Shown here: positions 19,291 to 27,525 of the stretch, one piece after another
How positions within the stretch are numbered: the stretch's first letter is position 1
Layout: the number at the start of each line of letters is the position of its first letter
Sequence record: MN508624.2
DNA length: 64,000 nucleotides
Reading direction: 5' to 3' (one strand)
Origin: Enterobacter phage EC-F2
The notes under the pieces: generated by a model
Database searches by the model: none
Told to the model about the DNA's origin: nothing
Seen by the model: the letters and a program-made list of their open reading frames with translations, nothing else
Program-made: the position numbers and the translations under genes

Positions 19291-20087
19291 TCTAATACCT
19301 TTACTCGCTGAACGATTGTTTGTTTAACTTCTTTGTATTCGTTGTGAAGTTTGGGTGTCGCTTTGAAGCGAATCACATCACCCTCTTCAACAATTTTGTT
19401 TCCGTAGTAGATAACCACGTTACCATCTACGTTGATTTTGGTCATGAAACGTTCCACTTCGGTGTAATAAGAAACTTGGGTATATCCGAGAGAAATCACT
19501 TTCTCAACAACACCGCTCATTTCCATACGCTTACCGATTTCCCCGATGTGCTGCGCTGCTGCGATCTTCGCCTGGCGCTCTGCTTCCCATTCTGCGCGGA
19601 TCTCTTCACGTTTAGCGATGTAATCCTTCTCCAGCGCTACGCCCATGCAGTAAGAGCAAATAGCCTGAAATACTGGGCTATCGTTGCCGTTTTCTTTGCA
19701 CTGATCAGCCCACCACAGAATCGTATACATCGGCATATCAGCAATCACTTCACCTTTACGCTTACCGATTGGCATGATGCCCTGTTCCAGCAGTTCCAGG
19801 TTTTCGGTATCCTGTACAGACAGTTTGCCGCGACGTTCAAACAGATCGAAATCTGCGAATCCCTGGAACACCATCTGGAAAGTGTCGGTCTGGTTCAGAC
19901 GATCCACCATGCGATCGAAGTATTCACGCGCTTTCGCTTCTGCTTTATCTGGGTCGGTAGACAGGTTGCAGATATAGTTATCAGAAGTGAATCCACCTCC
20001 ACGACGCTCTACACGCAGGGTGTACATAGCGTTTTTAGCGCCAGAAGAAATGAAGTATGTCGCGGTAACTTTAGTCAGGTTAGTCAT
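19287..20087 (-). CDS. hypothetical protein (266 aa)
   Basis: Start taken at internal ATG 20087 (RBS aaggagat, promoter + leader motif upstream) rather than ORF-track start 20153. Confidence 0.5.
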   Translation of the reverse strand: MTNLTKVTATYFISSGAKNAMYTLRVERRGGGFTSDNYICNLSTDPDKAEAKAREYFDRMVDRLNQTDTFQMVFQGFADFDLFERRGKLSVQDTENLELLEQGIMPIGKRKGEVIADMPMYTILWWADQCKENGNDSPVFQAICSYCMGVALEKDYIAKREEIRAEWEAERQAKIAAAQHIGEIGKRMEMSGVVEKVISLGYTQVSYYTEVERFMTKINVDGNVVIYYGNKIVEEGDVIRFKATPKLHNEYKEVKQTIVQRVKVLE

Positions 20088-20121
20088 GGTGAATCTCCTT
20101 AGTGGTTTCGTTTCGACAAGG

Positions 20122-20151
20122 CCAATATAGCAAAAGCCCTCAACCGAAGTC
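20122..20151 (-). promoter_or_regulatory. sigma70-like early promoter (TTGACT-18-TgcTATATT) with leader GTCGAAACGAAAC
   Basis: minus-strand cttgact...tgctatatt ggcctt gtcgaaacgaaaccactaaggagattcaccATG; overlaps a terminator hairpin aagccct/agggctt. Confidence 0.45.
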
Positions 20152-20163
20152 AAGGGCTTTTTA

Positions 20164-20391
20164 TCATGCGTTCGAATCTTTCATAACTTTATGAAGATGG
20201 ATATCAAAAATTTTCCAGTATGCTTTTCCGCGAGGATAAATTTTTGCTTTATCAATGTCTTCGTTGCTTCCCCATGTATTGTTTGGGTTACGACAACGAT
20301 TTTTTGTATAATCCATGTGCCAGAATAAGCGCTGCACCGATGAATCTGTGCCTAATGGATCTTCTTTGCTGAACAGAATTTGTGAACTCAT
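20164..20391 (-). CDS. hypothetical protein (75 aa)
   Basis: ORF, 4-nt overlap with upstream gene. Confidence 0.35.
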   Translation of the reverse strand: MSSQILFSKEDPLGTDSSVQRLFWHMDYTKNRCRNPNNTWGSNEDIDKAKIYPRGKAYWKIFDIHLHKVMKDSNA

Positions 20392-20717
20392 AAGAAGAAA
20401 CCTGTTCGAACTACTAAATCGATCTGTTTTTCCGGTATCAGTGGCGCTTTATCGTCAACGTTGCACTGATAATACATCCCGACATACTCATGAGGAACGT
20501 TGGATTCGCTCGCCCATTTCAGGTTGTCATCTGTACGCGGCCCTAACATGAGGTTAACGATATTGACAGCGTGATCCTGTTCTGGGGTATTGTTGCATCC
20601 GTTCACATAATGTCCGTGAGCGGTTTCGAGGATTTCAATGATATCTTCGTCGGCTTCAACGAGATACAGCCCCGTGTTTTCTGGGATTTCCTCAAGAATA
20701 ATCAAAGCGGTTTTCAT
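20388..20717 (-). CDS. hypothetical protein (110 aa)
   Basis: Start at internal ATG (MKTALIILEE) with RBS aagg; ORF-track start lacks RBS. Confidence 0.4.
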   Translation of the reverse strand: MKTALIILEEIPENTGLYLVEADEDIIEILETAHGHYVNGCNNTPEQDHAVNIVNLMLGPRTDDNLKWASESNVPHEYVGMYYQCNVDDKAPLIPEKQIDLVVRTGFFL

Positions 20718-20822
20718 CACACTTACCTTTATGTTTCTGCTTACGTTTTGCTTCTTTAAGTGCTCGCTTGCGATCGCGGTGAGTAGAAGCGCGGTTGAAA
20801 TCATGTTTCGCTACCAGGTTGT

Positions 20823-21053
20823 TCATCGAGGATATAATGGCACATGATGTTGAATACTGACTTCGCCATACAGTTTTACGATAGTTAAGCTATCAGATCC
20901 TTTAACAATTCTGTATTTTTCTGGAACAACGCGGTCGATTTCTTTTTTGACAAAGTTAAGCAATCCGAAGTCATCTATATCTTTTGGTGCTTTGGAAATA
21001 GAAGACAACGATACTCGTTGACGTGAATCATAGTACGAAGAAATTACAAACAT
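20823..21053 (-). CDS. hypothetical protein (76 aa)
   Basis: ORF. Confidence 0.35.
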   Translation of the reverse strand: MFVISSYYDSRQRVSLSSISKAPKDIDDFGLLNFVKKEIDRVVPEKYRIVKGSDSLTIVKLYGEVSIQHHVPLYPR

Positions 21054-21097
21054 ATATTATTTTCCTTATTGGGGCTTTTCAGCCCCATTTTAGATAA

Positions 21098-21352
21098 TTA
21101 ATCCAGCAGTTTGCGGATTTTATCCGCGATACGTCCGGCGCGTGTTGCGCTTGCGGTATGATCGCTTTCTTTGGTAGCCAGTTCAGCCAGCTTACGCTGA
21201 TGTTCTTCTTCCGCTGCTTTGCGGTCTGCTGCTACCTGTGCGACCTGTTCGTTATCGTGAGCAATACGCGCTTCGAGTTCGGTCAGGGTTTTGTCAAAAG
21301 TTGCTACGATTTCGTCTACAGAACGGATTTTGGAAAACAGTTTCATATTCAT
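21098..21352 (-). CDS. hypothetical coiled-coil protein (84 aa)
   Basis: Heptad-rich sequence AEEEHQRKLAELATKE. Confidence 0.4.
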   Translation of the reverse strand: MNMKLFSKIRSVDEIVATFDKTLTELEARIAHDNEQVAQVAADRKAAEEEHQRKLAELATKESDHTASATRAGRIADKIRKLLD

Positions 21353-21360
21353 TATCTCAA

Positions 21361-21798
21361 TTAGTATGGTTGGAATTCAAAGTCAAACAGATCATTTAGT
21401 GCGCGGTTGTATTCAGTATAGTTCTCACCATCCCCGAACCGCATCTGAATCGCGCTTTCCGCTATTGTACCAGTAAGATTTGAGAAACCAAAGAGGTTTT
21501 TAATCTTATCGTGTGCAACGAAGTACAGAGAAGCACTATCCAGCAAGGCCACCATCGCTGATGGTTCGTGTTCGCGGCGTTTGATACGTAACAGAGTACG
21601 GTTTGCGCCAGTCTTACGGCGTTGATTTGGGGCTACGTAGAATCGGAATACTACCTTACCCGTTTTATCATCAACTACCAGGTAGAAGCCGTGTTCTTTC
21701 AGGTCAACCCCTTCGAACTTGGTGAAGTCACCGCGCTTCATGTCACCTATCTTAACAGCGTATTTGTGGATGTCAAGTCTTGTCAGAATTCTTTTCAT
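21361..21798 (-). CDS. ndd: nucleoid disruption protein
   Basis: 145 aa; GFYLVVDDKTG, RFYVAPNQR and C-terminal LNDLFDFEFQPY parallel T4 Ndd GFYFLVSKLDG, RFYVGNQR, LADNFKFVLQAY. Confidence 0.65.
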   Translation of the reverse strand: MKRILTRLDIHKYAVKIGDMKRGDFTKFEGVDLKEHGFYLVVDDKTGKVVFRFYVAPNQRRKTGANRTLLRIKRREHEPSAMVALLDSASLYFVAHDKIKNLFGFSNLTGTIAESAIQMRFGDGENYTEYNRALNDLFDFEFQPY

Positions 21799-22186
21799 TT
21801 TTCTTTACCAGTTTATTTCCGAATTTGGTGTTTACACCAGTTTTCATATTCATAGTCAGTGCCAGTAAGAAGATAGGGCATGACAAAATCAAGATCGTTG
21901 ATCCGAACAGCAAACGAACTAAGCGAATCAATAACGTCCCGAACCATTTCATCGGTATCTCTACCCACTTCTGAACCGTTGCGAGCACCAGCATAACATA
22001 ACCCAGATTAAATGCAAGGGCTGTTGCGATAATACCGTAAGGTTTTTTGAAGTATGTCTGTTCGCCGTCTTCTGTGCGTCCAGCGGTAACGTTGCCTCCG
22101 TTCCAGAGTTCTTTAGCGGTTTTAATGGCTGTTTCTGCCCCGCTCAAGTTCTGCCAGTAGTCAGGAATGCTATGTAGGAATTTCAT
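21773..22186 (-). CDS. membrane protein (137 aa)
   Basis: Several hydrophobic helices (GIIATALAFNLGYVMLVLATV; LFGSTILILSCPIFLLALTM). Confidence 0.45.
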   Translation of the reverse strand: MKFLHSIPDYWQNLSGAETAIKTAKELWNGGNVTAGRTEDGEQTYFKKPYGIIATALAFNLGYVMLVLATVQKWVEIPMKWFGTLLIRLVRLLFGSTILILSCPIFLLALTMNMKTGVNTKFGNKLVKKNEKNSDKT

Positions 22187-22231
22187 AATCGAATCCTCCG
22201 CGCCTGAATCGCTCCAGGCGCTGTTTTGGGG

Positions 22232-23140
22232 TTAGTAGTGACTGAATCCCACAGTTACATCACGCATCACCTGATAACGACATACGCGCATCTTAGCGTT
22301 GTCGTAATCTGTTGGGATTGCTACAACATCGCGAGGATTAACCTTAACCTGAATGACTCGCCCACGTCCTCCGCCATAGTGAGGCAGGTACGATTTTGCG
22401 GCAACATGCAAACCACATGAACAGGTTCGGTTTTTATTCTCGTCTACCTGGTTACGTGGCATTTCAACCACAACACCAGGGGAGTTATCGAACTTACCGG
22501 AAGCCAGATCGCGGAAGTCTTCACGAACACGTTTCCACGCGTAGAAATCTCCATCATCTGCCAGTTCGATATCGTTATGCACCATGAACCCGTAAAGCTG
22601 ATACACAGCATCGCGTGAAGGGTTTTCCATCAACTTCTCGAAGAAGTTCACCAGGTGCTCGTAAGGGCGATCGTTGTACATTTCACGAACGATACGTTGC
22701 GTGATACCGCTGTCAAACACGATATCTTTGTACAGGACTTTATGCCCGATGATTTTAATGTTGCCTTTGCTGTAAATCTTCAACGCTTGCGTTGTGTCCA
22801 ACAGGGTAGCAACTCCCTCAATGTCACCCTTAACCATTAAAGCATGTGCTTTTTCGAAGTTAGGGTGTGACGAATCCGCTGTGATGATCTTGCCGTCCAG
22901 TACCAGAGTAATGAACGATTCAGAACCAATCATTTTAGATTTGACATCTGTTTGCGGAAGTGGTTTCGATGCTTCCGTATTATACTTAGAATGCTGTTCG
23001 GTAATAACGCGCCCGATGGTTCGGACGCTTACACCAAATTGTTTAGCCAGTGCGGTTTTGTTTGCGCTGGTCAGAAAGCCCTCATAAACTGCTTTCTTTT
23101 GTACATCATCAAGGATCTTAACGTTTCTCATTATTTCCAC
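22232..23140 (-). CDS. rIIB: rIIB protein
   Basis: 302 aa; ...FDNSPGVVVEMPRNQVDENKNRTCSCGLHVAAKSY...RVIQVKVNPRDVVAIPTDYDNAKMRVCRYQV matches T4 rIIB C-terminal half closely. Confidence 0.9.
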   Translation of the reverse strand: MEIMRNVKILDDVQKKAVYEGFLTSANKTALAKQFGVSVRTIGRVITEQHSKYNTEASKPLPQTDVKSKMIGSESFITLVLDGKIITADSSHPNFEKAHALMVKGDIEGVATLLDTTQALKIYSKGNIKIIGHKVLYKDIVFDSGITQRIVREMYNDRPYEHLVNFFEKLMENPSRDAVYQLYGFMVHNDIELADDGDFYAWKRVREDFRDLASGKFDNSPGVVVEMPRNQVDENKNRTCSCGLHVAAKSYLPHYGGGRGRVIQVKVNPRDVVAIPTDYDNAKMRVCRYQVMRDVTVGFSHY

Positions 23141-25380
23141 CGTATAAGGTTGACCAAATCCATCACAATTTTATCATCATTAAACATACTGCGGAATGTA
23201 GAATAAGATGAATGTAACAACATGTAATGAATTGATGGGTTGCGTTCTGCAAATAAATCGTAAGCAGTATCAACGCGTTCTTTCATATCTTTCCGCATTT
23301 TGTAATACTTCGTTGACATTTCACGAAGTAACGGGTTACGCACCACAGTTTTTGATTTGTTTTTGCCCTCGATAACATCATAGGTAAACTTACCATCAAG
23401 ATAATCGAGCAACATATACAATTCTGGATTATAGCGGTTTTTAACCATGCGATCAAGGGTTACGCCCATAGAATCGCGCAAGGTTCGGATCTCGCTTCCG
23501 TGTTTTGATGAAATCCATGCAGGGAACCAGTTAGGTTTTATCTTCTTCGCTGCGTCTGCAAAACGTTTTACCAGATAATCATCAAGGCATTTCATGTTGC
23601 TATCTGGAATTCGACTCCACAAAGAGTTTCGCAGAACCATCACACCTTCCAGCCCCGTGACCTTTAACATGGTCATCATACTGCTGGCGATGCTACCCAA
23701 CGAATAGTTTGATGCTTCTCCGTCCAGTCGGCTATATTCGTCAAGCCCATAAAGGCGCATAGCGTACATTTCATCCAGGTTCATGAACTGTGCTTTAGTC
23801 AGGTACAGATCGTTTTTCTGTAAGTTGCCCCGATCATCCAGGAAGTAATGATATGCTGTAGGCGTTTTTGGACGCGGTTCTGAATCACCAGAAGATGATT
23901 CACGCGTTGCTTTCCAGCGCTTGCGATCTTCGGTGTACGTTTCGAATTCTTTGGTCATTTCACTGGTTTTCAGTGTAACGATCTCAGATTCATCGAAATA
24001 CCCAGTTCTGATCAAGCCCTGAACAGGTTCACTATTAATCTCTTTGGTTACGAAACTGATACGATCCGAACCATTCAACATGCAGTAACCGATCAGATAC
24101 GGGCGGAGTGAACGCGCTTCATTATCGTTTTCAACGATGAAAAGTTTCTTCTGTCGCCACGGTTGAATCATGCGCATAACGTCCTGGCGTTTGGTGGTTT
24201 CCGCTTTGTACTTCTCATAACGGCGACCAGAACCCACACGTTCGAATACGCAATCTTTCCCGTCATATGGGTTAGCCCAGAAGCCCCACACATATTTTCC
24301 GGTTGCAGTCTCAGAGCTTTTAAGATGCGTCAGAATTTCAGCCAGCGAATCTTTACCCACACGGAAACGATTATCACGGGTTACGAACCCCTGCAACAAA
24401 CCAGGCAGATTATTAAACCATACGAGTTTATCGCGGGTTGTTTTCTGCTTGCCGAACTCCGCAACTAACTCTTCGTCATAGCGTTTGTTGATCTTTTCCA
24501 GTCGATCCAGGATTACTTTTTTGGTGACTTTATCAAGGCTCAACTCTTCACGCGACGGCATGAAGTCCAGCGATCCCAGAGGGAAATCCAGAATATACGC
24601 ATAACTGCTGTTACGGTAGCAGTAGAACAGCGAGTTTTCGAACATGTCCATGTCGATTGGATAGCAAATGTTACCCATACGCGCGTATACGCCTGAATAG
24701 TTGATAGACTTATAACGGACGATCCCGCGATCGTCTGCTTCTTTTGGTTGCCAGTTTACATCAACCTGAACACCGATAAAGCGAGGACGGATGCCCGTAA
24801 ACGGTTCGTAAACACGCGCCGCTTCACGTTCCCATTCTGCAATATCTTCGACTTTAACCGGAACGGTGATTTGAACGCCGTTAGGTTCGTCTGTTTCGGT
24901 TTCGTAGATTTGGTCAACGAAAGGTTCACCATTATCCATATAAGCCGTGTACGCACGTTTAACGCCGTCCTGGATGGATTCGATAGTGAATGTTTCGGTG
25001 TAGCAGAACGGGGATTTACTACCCAGTCCCAGCGCCCCGATCAGTTCGTCGGTGTCGGTTTTGGTGGATTCGAAATAGGTTGCAAACACCTCTTTAACCA
25101 TCCAGTCACTTAACCCTGTGCCGTAATCACGGACGATGAAACGCGGATCGAGAACAGTTGGTAACTGAACATCGAACGGGTTCATGTTACCCGCTACCAT
25201 ATGACCATCAATGGCGTTACTGGAGATTTCGCGAATGATTGCGCGGATCTTGTATTTGTAGATGGTTGATGACATGATTTTGTATGTTTTCGCACTGGTA
25301 GCCATTTTAAACTTCGTGCGTTCGCCTTTATCGAAGCCCGTAGTGTGAATGGTTTGTGGTGCTAACTGACGCAATTTCAT
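23131..25380 (-). CDS. rIIA: rIIA protein
   Basis: 749 aa (T4 725 aa), N-terminal GHKL-ATPase-like region, adjacent to rIIB. Confidence 0.85.
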   Translation of the reverse strand: MKLRQLAPQTIHTTGFDKGERTKFKMATSAKTYKIMSSTIYKYKIRAIIREISSNAIDGHMVAGNMNPFDVQLPTVLDPRFIVRDYGTGLSDWMVKEVFATYFESTKTDTDELIGALGLGSKSPFCYTETFTIESIQDGVKRAYTAYMDNGEPFVDQIYETETDEPNGVQITVPVKVEDIAEWEREAARVYEPFTGIRPRFIGVQVDVNWQPKEADDRGIVRYKSINYSGVYARMGNICYPIDMDMFENSLFYCYRNSSYAYILDFPLGSLDFMPSREELSLDKVTKKVILDRLEKINKRYDEELVAEFGKQKTTRDKLVWFNNLPGLLQGFVTRDNRFRVGKDSLAEILTHLKSSETATGKYVWGFWANPYDGKDCVFERVGSGRRYEKYKAETTKRQDVMRMIQPWRQKKLFIVENDNEARSLRPYLIGYCMLNGSDRISFVTKEINSEPVQGLIRTGYFDESEIVTLKTSEMTKEFETYTEDRKRWKATRESSSGDSEPRPKTPTAYHYFLDDRGNLQKNDLYLTKAQFMNLDEMYAMRLYGLDEYSRLDGEASNYSLGSIASSMMTMLKVTGLEGVMVLRNSLWSRIPDSNMKCLDDYLVKRFADAAKKIKPNWFPAWISSKHGSEIRTLRDSMGVTLDRMVKNRYNPELYMLLDYLDGKFTYDVIEGKNKSKTVVRNPLLREMSTKYYKMRKDMKERVDTAYDLFAERNPSIHYMLLHSSYSTFRSMFNDDKIVMDLVNLIRWK

Positions 25381-25390
25381 TGTTTATATC

Positions 25391-25627
25391 TCACTTGGTG
25401 TTGAAGATGATGTTATCACATGAATATTTCATAGGCTTTTGATCAAGCCCATACTCAACAGGTGTACACATCCGGTCAAGGTATTCGTAAACCTGTTGCT
25501 TCTGACGTTCGCGGTCTTTCATATCCATGATACCGACCACGATAGCAGTTACAAAACATATTGCAATAGTACACAGCACAGCTATTGTAATATATTTTCC
25601 CGTTTTTGGTGCATCATATGGTTTCAT
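25391..25627 (-). CDS. small membrane protein (78 aa)
   Basis: TM helix ITIAVLCTIAICFVTAIVVGIM. Confidence 0.45.
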   Translation of the reverse strand: MKPYDAPKTGKYITIAVLCTIAICFVTAIVVGIMDMKDRERQKQQVYEYLDRMCTPVEYGLDQKPMKYSCDNIIFNTK

Positions 25628-26163
25628 TGAATCGCCTCTGCATATTGTTCTGGTGTCAATTTACGCGCTACTAAGCGCCCTTTGGTTGCTCGTTTGTTTC
25701 TTGAAATGTAGATGTTTGCAATGTTGCGTTTACCTTCCTGGATCTCATTGTACATCTTTTCGGTCATATTGCACTGATAAACTTCACCGTTCGGAGTTTT
25801 CAGGAAAAACGCGTATATGTCTTTTTCGCTTTCCTGAATTACTGATTTCTCACGGATACGGCTTTTGCATGGTGTAGGCTGTGCGCCCAACTCGATAGCT
25901 TTACGCTGCCATACGATCCCGTGTCCAGCCCCTTCGGTCAGAGCATGTGCAATTTCGTGCATGAGAGTATCTAAAACGTTCTCGTAGATATCTTCCTTAA
26001 CGTGAGAACGGCTCAATTCAATTGACTTGCGACTGTAATTGCATTGTCCCAGAGTACGCTTGAAACGTCCGTTGATTTTGAAAGACCAATGAGATAAGCC
26101 ATGCTTCGCCATGATGCTTTTGGCCCAGATGGTTATTTCCATATCGCTACGAGTTTTGAACAT
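25624..26163 (-). CDS. SprT-like zinc metallopeptidase
   Basis: HEIAHAL zinc-binding motif, start at ATG 26163 (RBS ggggagga) downstream of a terminator; ORF-track start 26220 overlaps the terminator. Confidence 0.55.
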   Translation of the reverse strand: MFKTRSDMEITIWAKSIMAKHGLSHWSFKINGRFKRTLGQCNYSRKSIELSRSHVKEDIYENVLDTLMHEIAHALTEGAGHGIVWQRKAIELGAQPTPCKSRIREKSVIQESEKDIYAFFLKTPNGEVYQCNMTEKMYNEIQEGKRNIANIYISRNKRATKGRLVARKLTPEQYAEAIQ

Positions 26164-26198
26164 TTTATATCCTCCCCAATCAGTGAGGACACTATAAC

Positions 26199-26230
26199 AA
26201 AAAAGCCTCCCGCAATGCAAGAGGCTTTTT
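26199..26230 (-). terminator. terminator hairpin (member of repeated cassette family) followed by -10-like TGTTATAGT
   Basis: aaaaagcctcccgcaatgcaagaggctttttg; minus-strand T-run then ttgttatagt. Confidence 0.6.
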
Positions 26231-26235
26231 GTAAA

Positions 26236-27525
26236 TTATTTCAATTTCTTCGAAAGTTCTTTCAAATCATTGAGATATTCAGTTTTCGGGGTCGTTTCTT
26301 CCCAGTATTTCAGTTGCTTACGCAGTTCGTTCGCTTCGTCTTCCAGCTTTTGACGTTCATCCGTGGTTAGATGATAGATGTTCATTGCAACCAGAATTTC
26401 GGCGTGGTTCTCGCAACCCGTCCACGTAGAGACAAGTTTAACCGCTTCGCTGCGACTAAGCCCCTTCAATGCGTCAGGCTGTGCGATCATCTGGTCGATG
26501 AAGTCAACCTTCGCCAGCGCCTTATCTAACGCTTCCTTAGTCTCCTGAATGCGCTTATCAATACGCTGTTGGTAAACACCAATACGGATATCAACGAAGT
26601 CTTTCAGCAACGTTTCAGGACGCTCGTATGAATGCAGTTTCCCGTTAAAGATAACGTTGATGTTCGGGTTTGAGTTCTCAATCAATCCGAAATCTTTCAG
26701 GATCTTCTCGCGGGTAAGCCCGTTTGCGTATTCGCGTTTCAGGGTAATTTCGTAGCGAAAATCTTCTTTCGATAGATCCTTGTAGCTTACGATATACCCT
26801 TTCTCTTCCAGCTTATCCAGGATAGAGATATATTTCACACGATCGTACTTGACCGGAATCTCTGTGATCACCAGTTTGGTTTTACCCTGGAGTTCATACT
26901 TGCCGTAAATCGTACCGTTTTCAATGTCACCTTTGAAATGCGGGTATTTCAGATCCAGTGTGAAATCTTTCCCGTTCAGGTAACTAACACATCCATTCAG
27001 AACCGAAATCGGATCGTGTGGTGGAATGTTGGTAGCGTATGCTTTCGCGATCCCGCTGAACCCGTTAACCAGTACCATCGGAATGATTGGCAGGTAATAG
27101 GCTGGCGGTACGTGTTCAGGATCTTCATGCGGGATTGTTAAATCTTCATCCATGTAGATAGCCTTGAACAGCGGAGACAGCTTACATTTAATGTAACGCG
27201 GTGCGCCTGGCTTTTTAACCAGACGGGAACCAAAGAACCCATCGCGGTCAAAAAGCGGGATGTTATTGCACCAGTGCGCCGCCATAAGAGACAATGCCTC
27301 TTCAACGGATGTTTCCCCGTGGTGATAACCATACATTGCAACACCGCCAGCGATAGAGGCTACTTTCTGGAAGCCTGTACCGCCTTTCGCTGCGGAATGC
27401 ACGAAGAAACGGTGAACGGGTTTGAACCCGTCTACCAGGTGCGGGATCGCACGAGAATAAATTGTGTAAAGGGCAAACGTAAGCCCTTCTACCTGCACAA
27501 CGTCTTTAATACTTCTTTCCATCAT
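26236..27525 (-). CDS. 52: DNA topoisomerase II medium subunit (GyrA-like catalytic)
   Basis: 429 aa; YSRAIPHLVDGFKPVHRFF motif region of type IIA topoisomerase A subunit. Confidence 0.85.
   Translation of the reverse strand: MMERSIKDVVQVEGLTFALYTIYSRAIPHLVDGFKPVHRFFVHSAAKGGTGFQKVASIAGGVAMYGYHHGETSVEEALSLMAAHWCNNIPLFDRDGFFGSRLVKKPGAPRYIKCKLSPLFKAIYMDEDLTIPHEDPEHVPPAYYLPIIPMVLVNGFSGIAKAYATNIPPHDPISVLNGCVSYLNGKDFTLDLKYPHFKGDIENGTIYGKYELQGKTKLVITEIPVKYDRVKYISILDKLEEKGYIVSYKDLSKEDFRYEITLKREYANGLTREKILKDFGLIENSNPNINVIFNGKLHSYERPETLLKDFVDIRIGVYQQRIDKRIQETKEALDKALAKVDFIDQMIAQPDALKGLSRSEAVKLVSTWTGCENHAEILVAMNIYHLTTDERQKLEDEANELRKQLKYWEETTPKTEYLNDLKELSKKLK

Noticed and set aside
19320-20102. 260-aa plus-strand ORF
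   Set aside because: Antisense to the 266-aa minus-strand gene, which has promoter, leader motif and RBS; no RBS of its own.
22232-25380. rIIA/rIIB as a possible toxin-antitoxin or abortive-infection-like pair
   Set aside because: These are the canonical conserved T4 rII genes; nothing in the sequence suggests anything beyond orthology.
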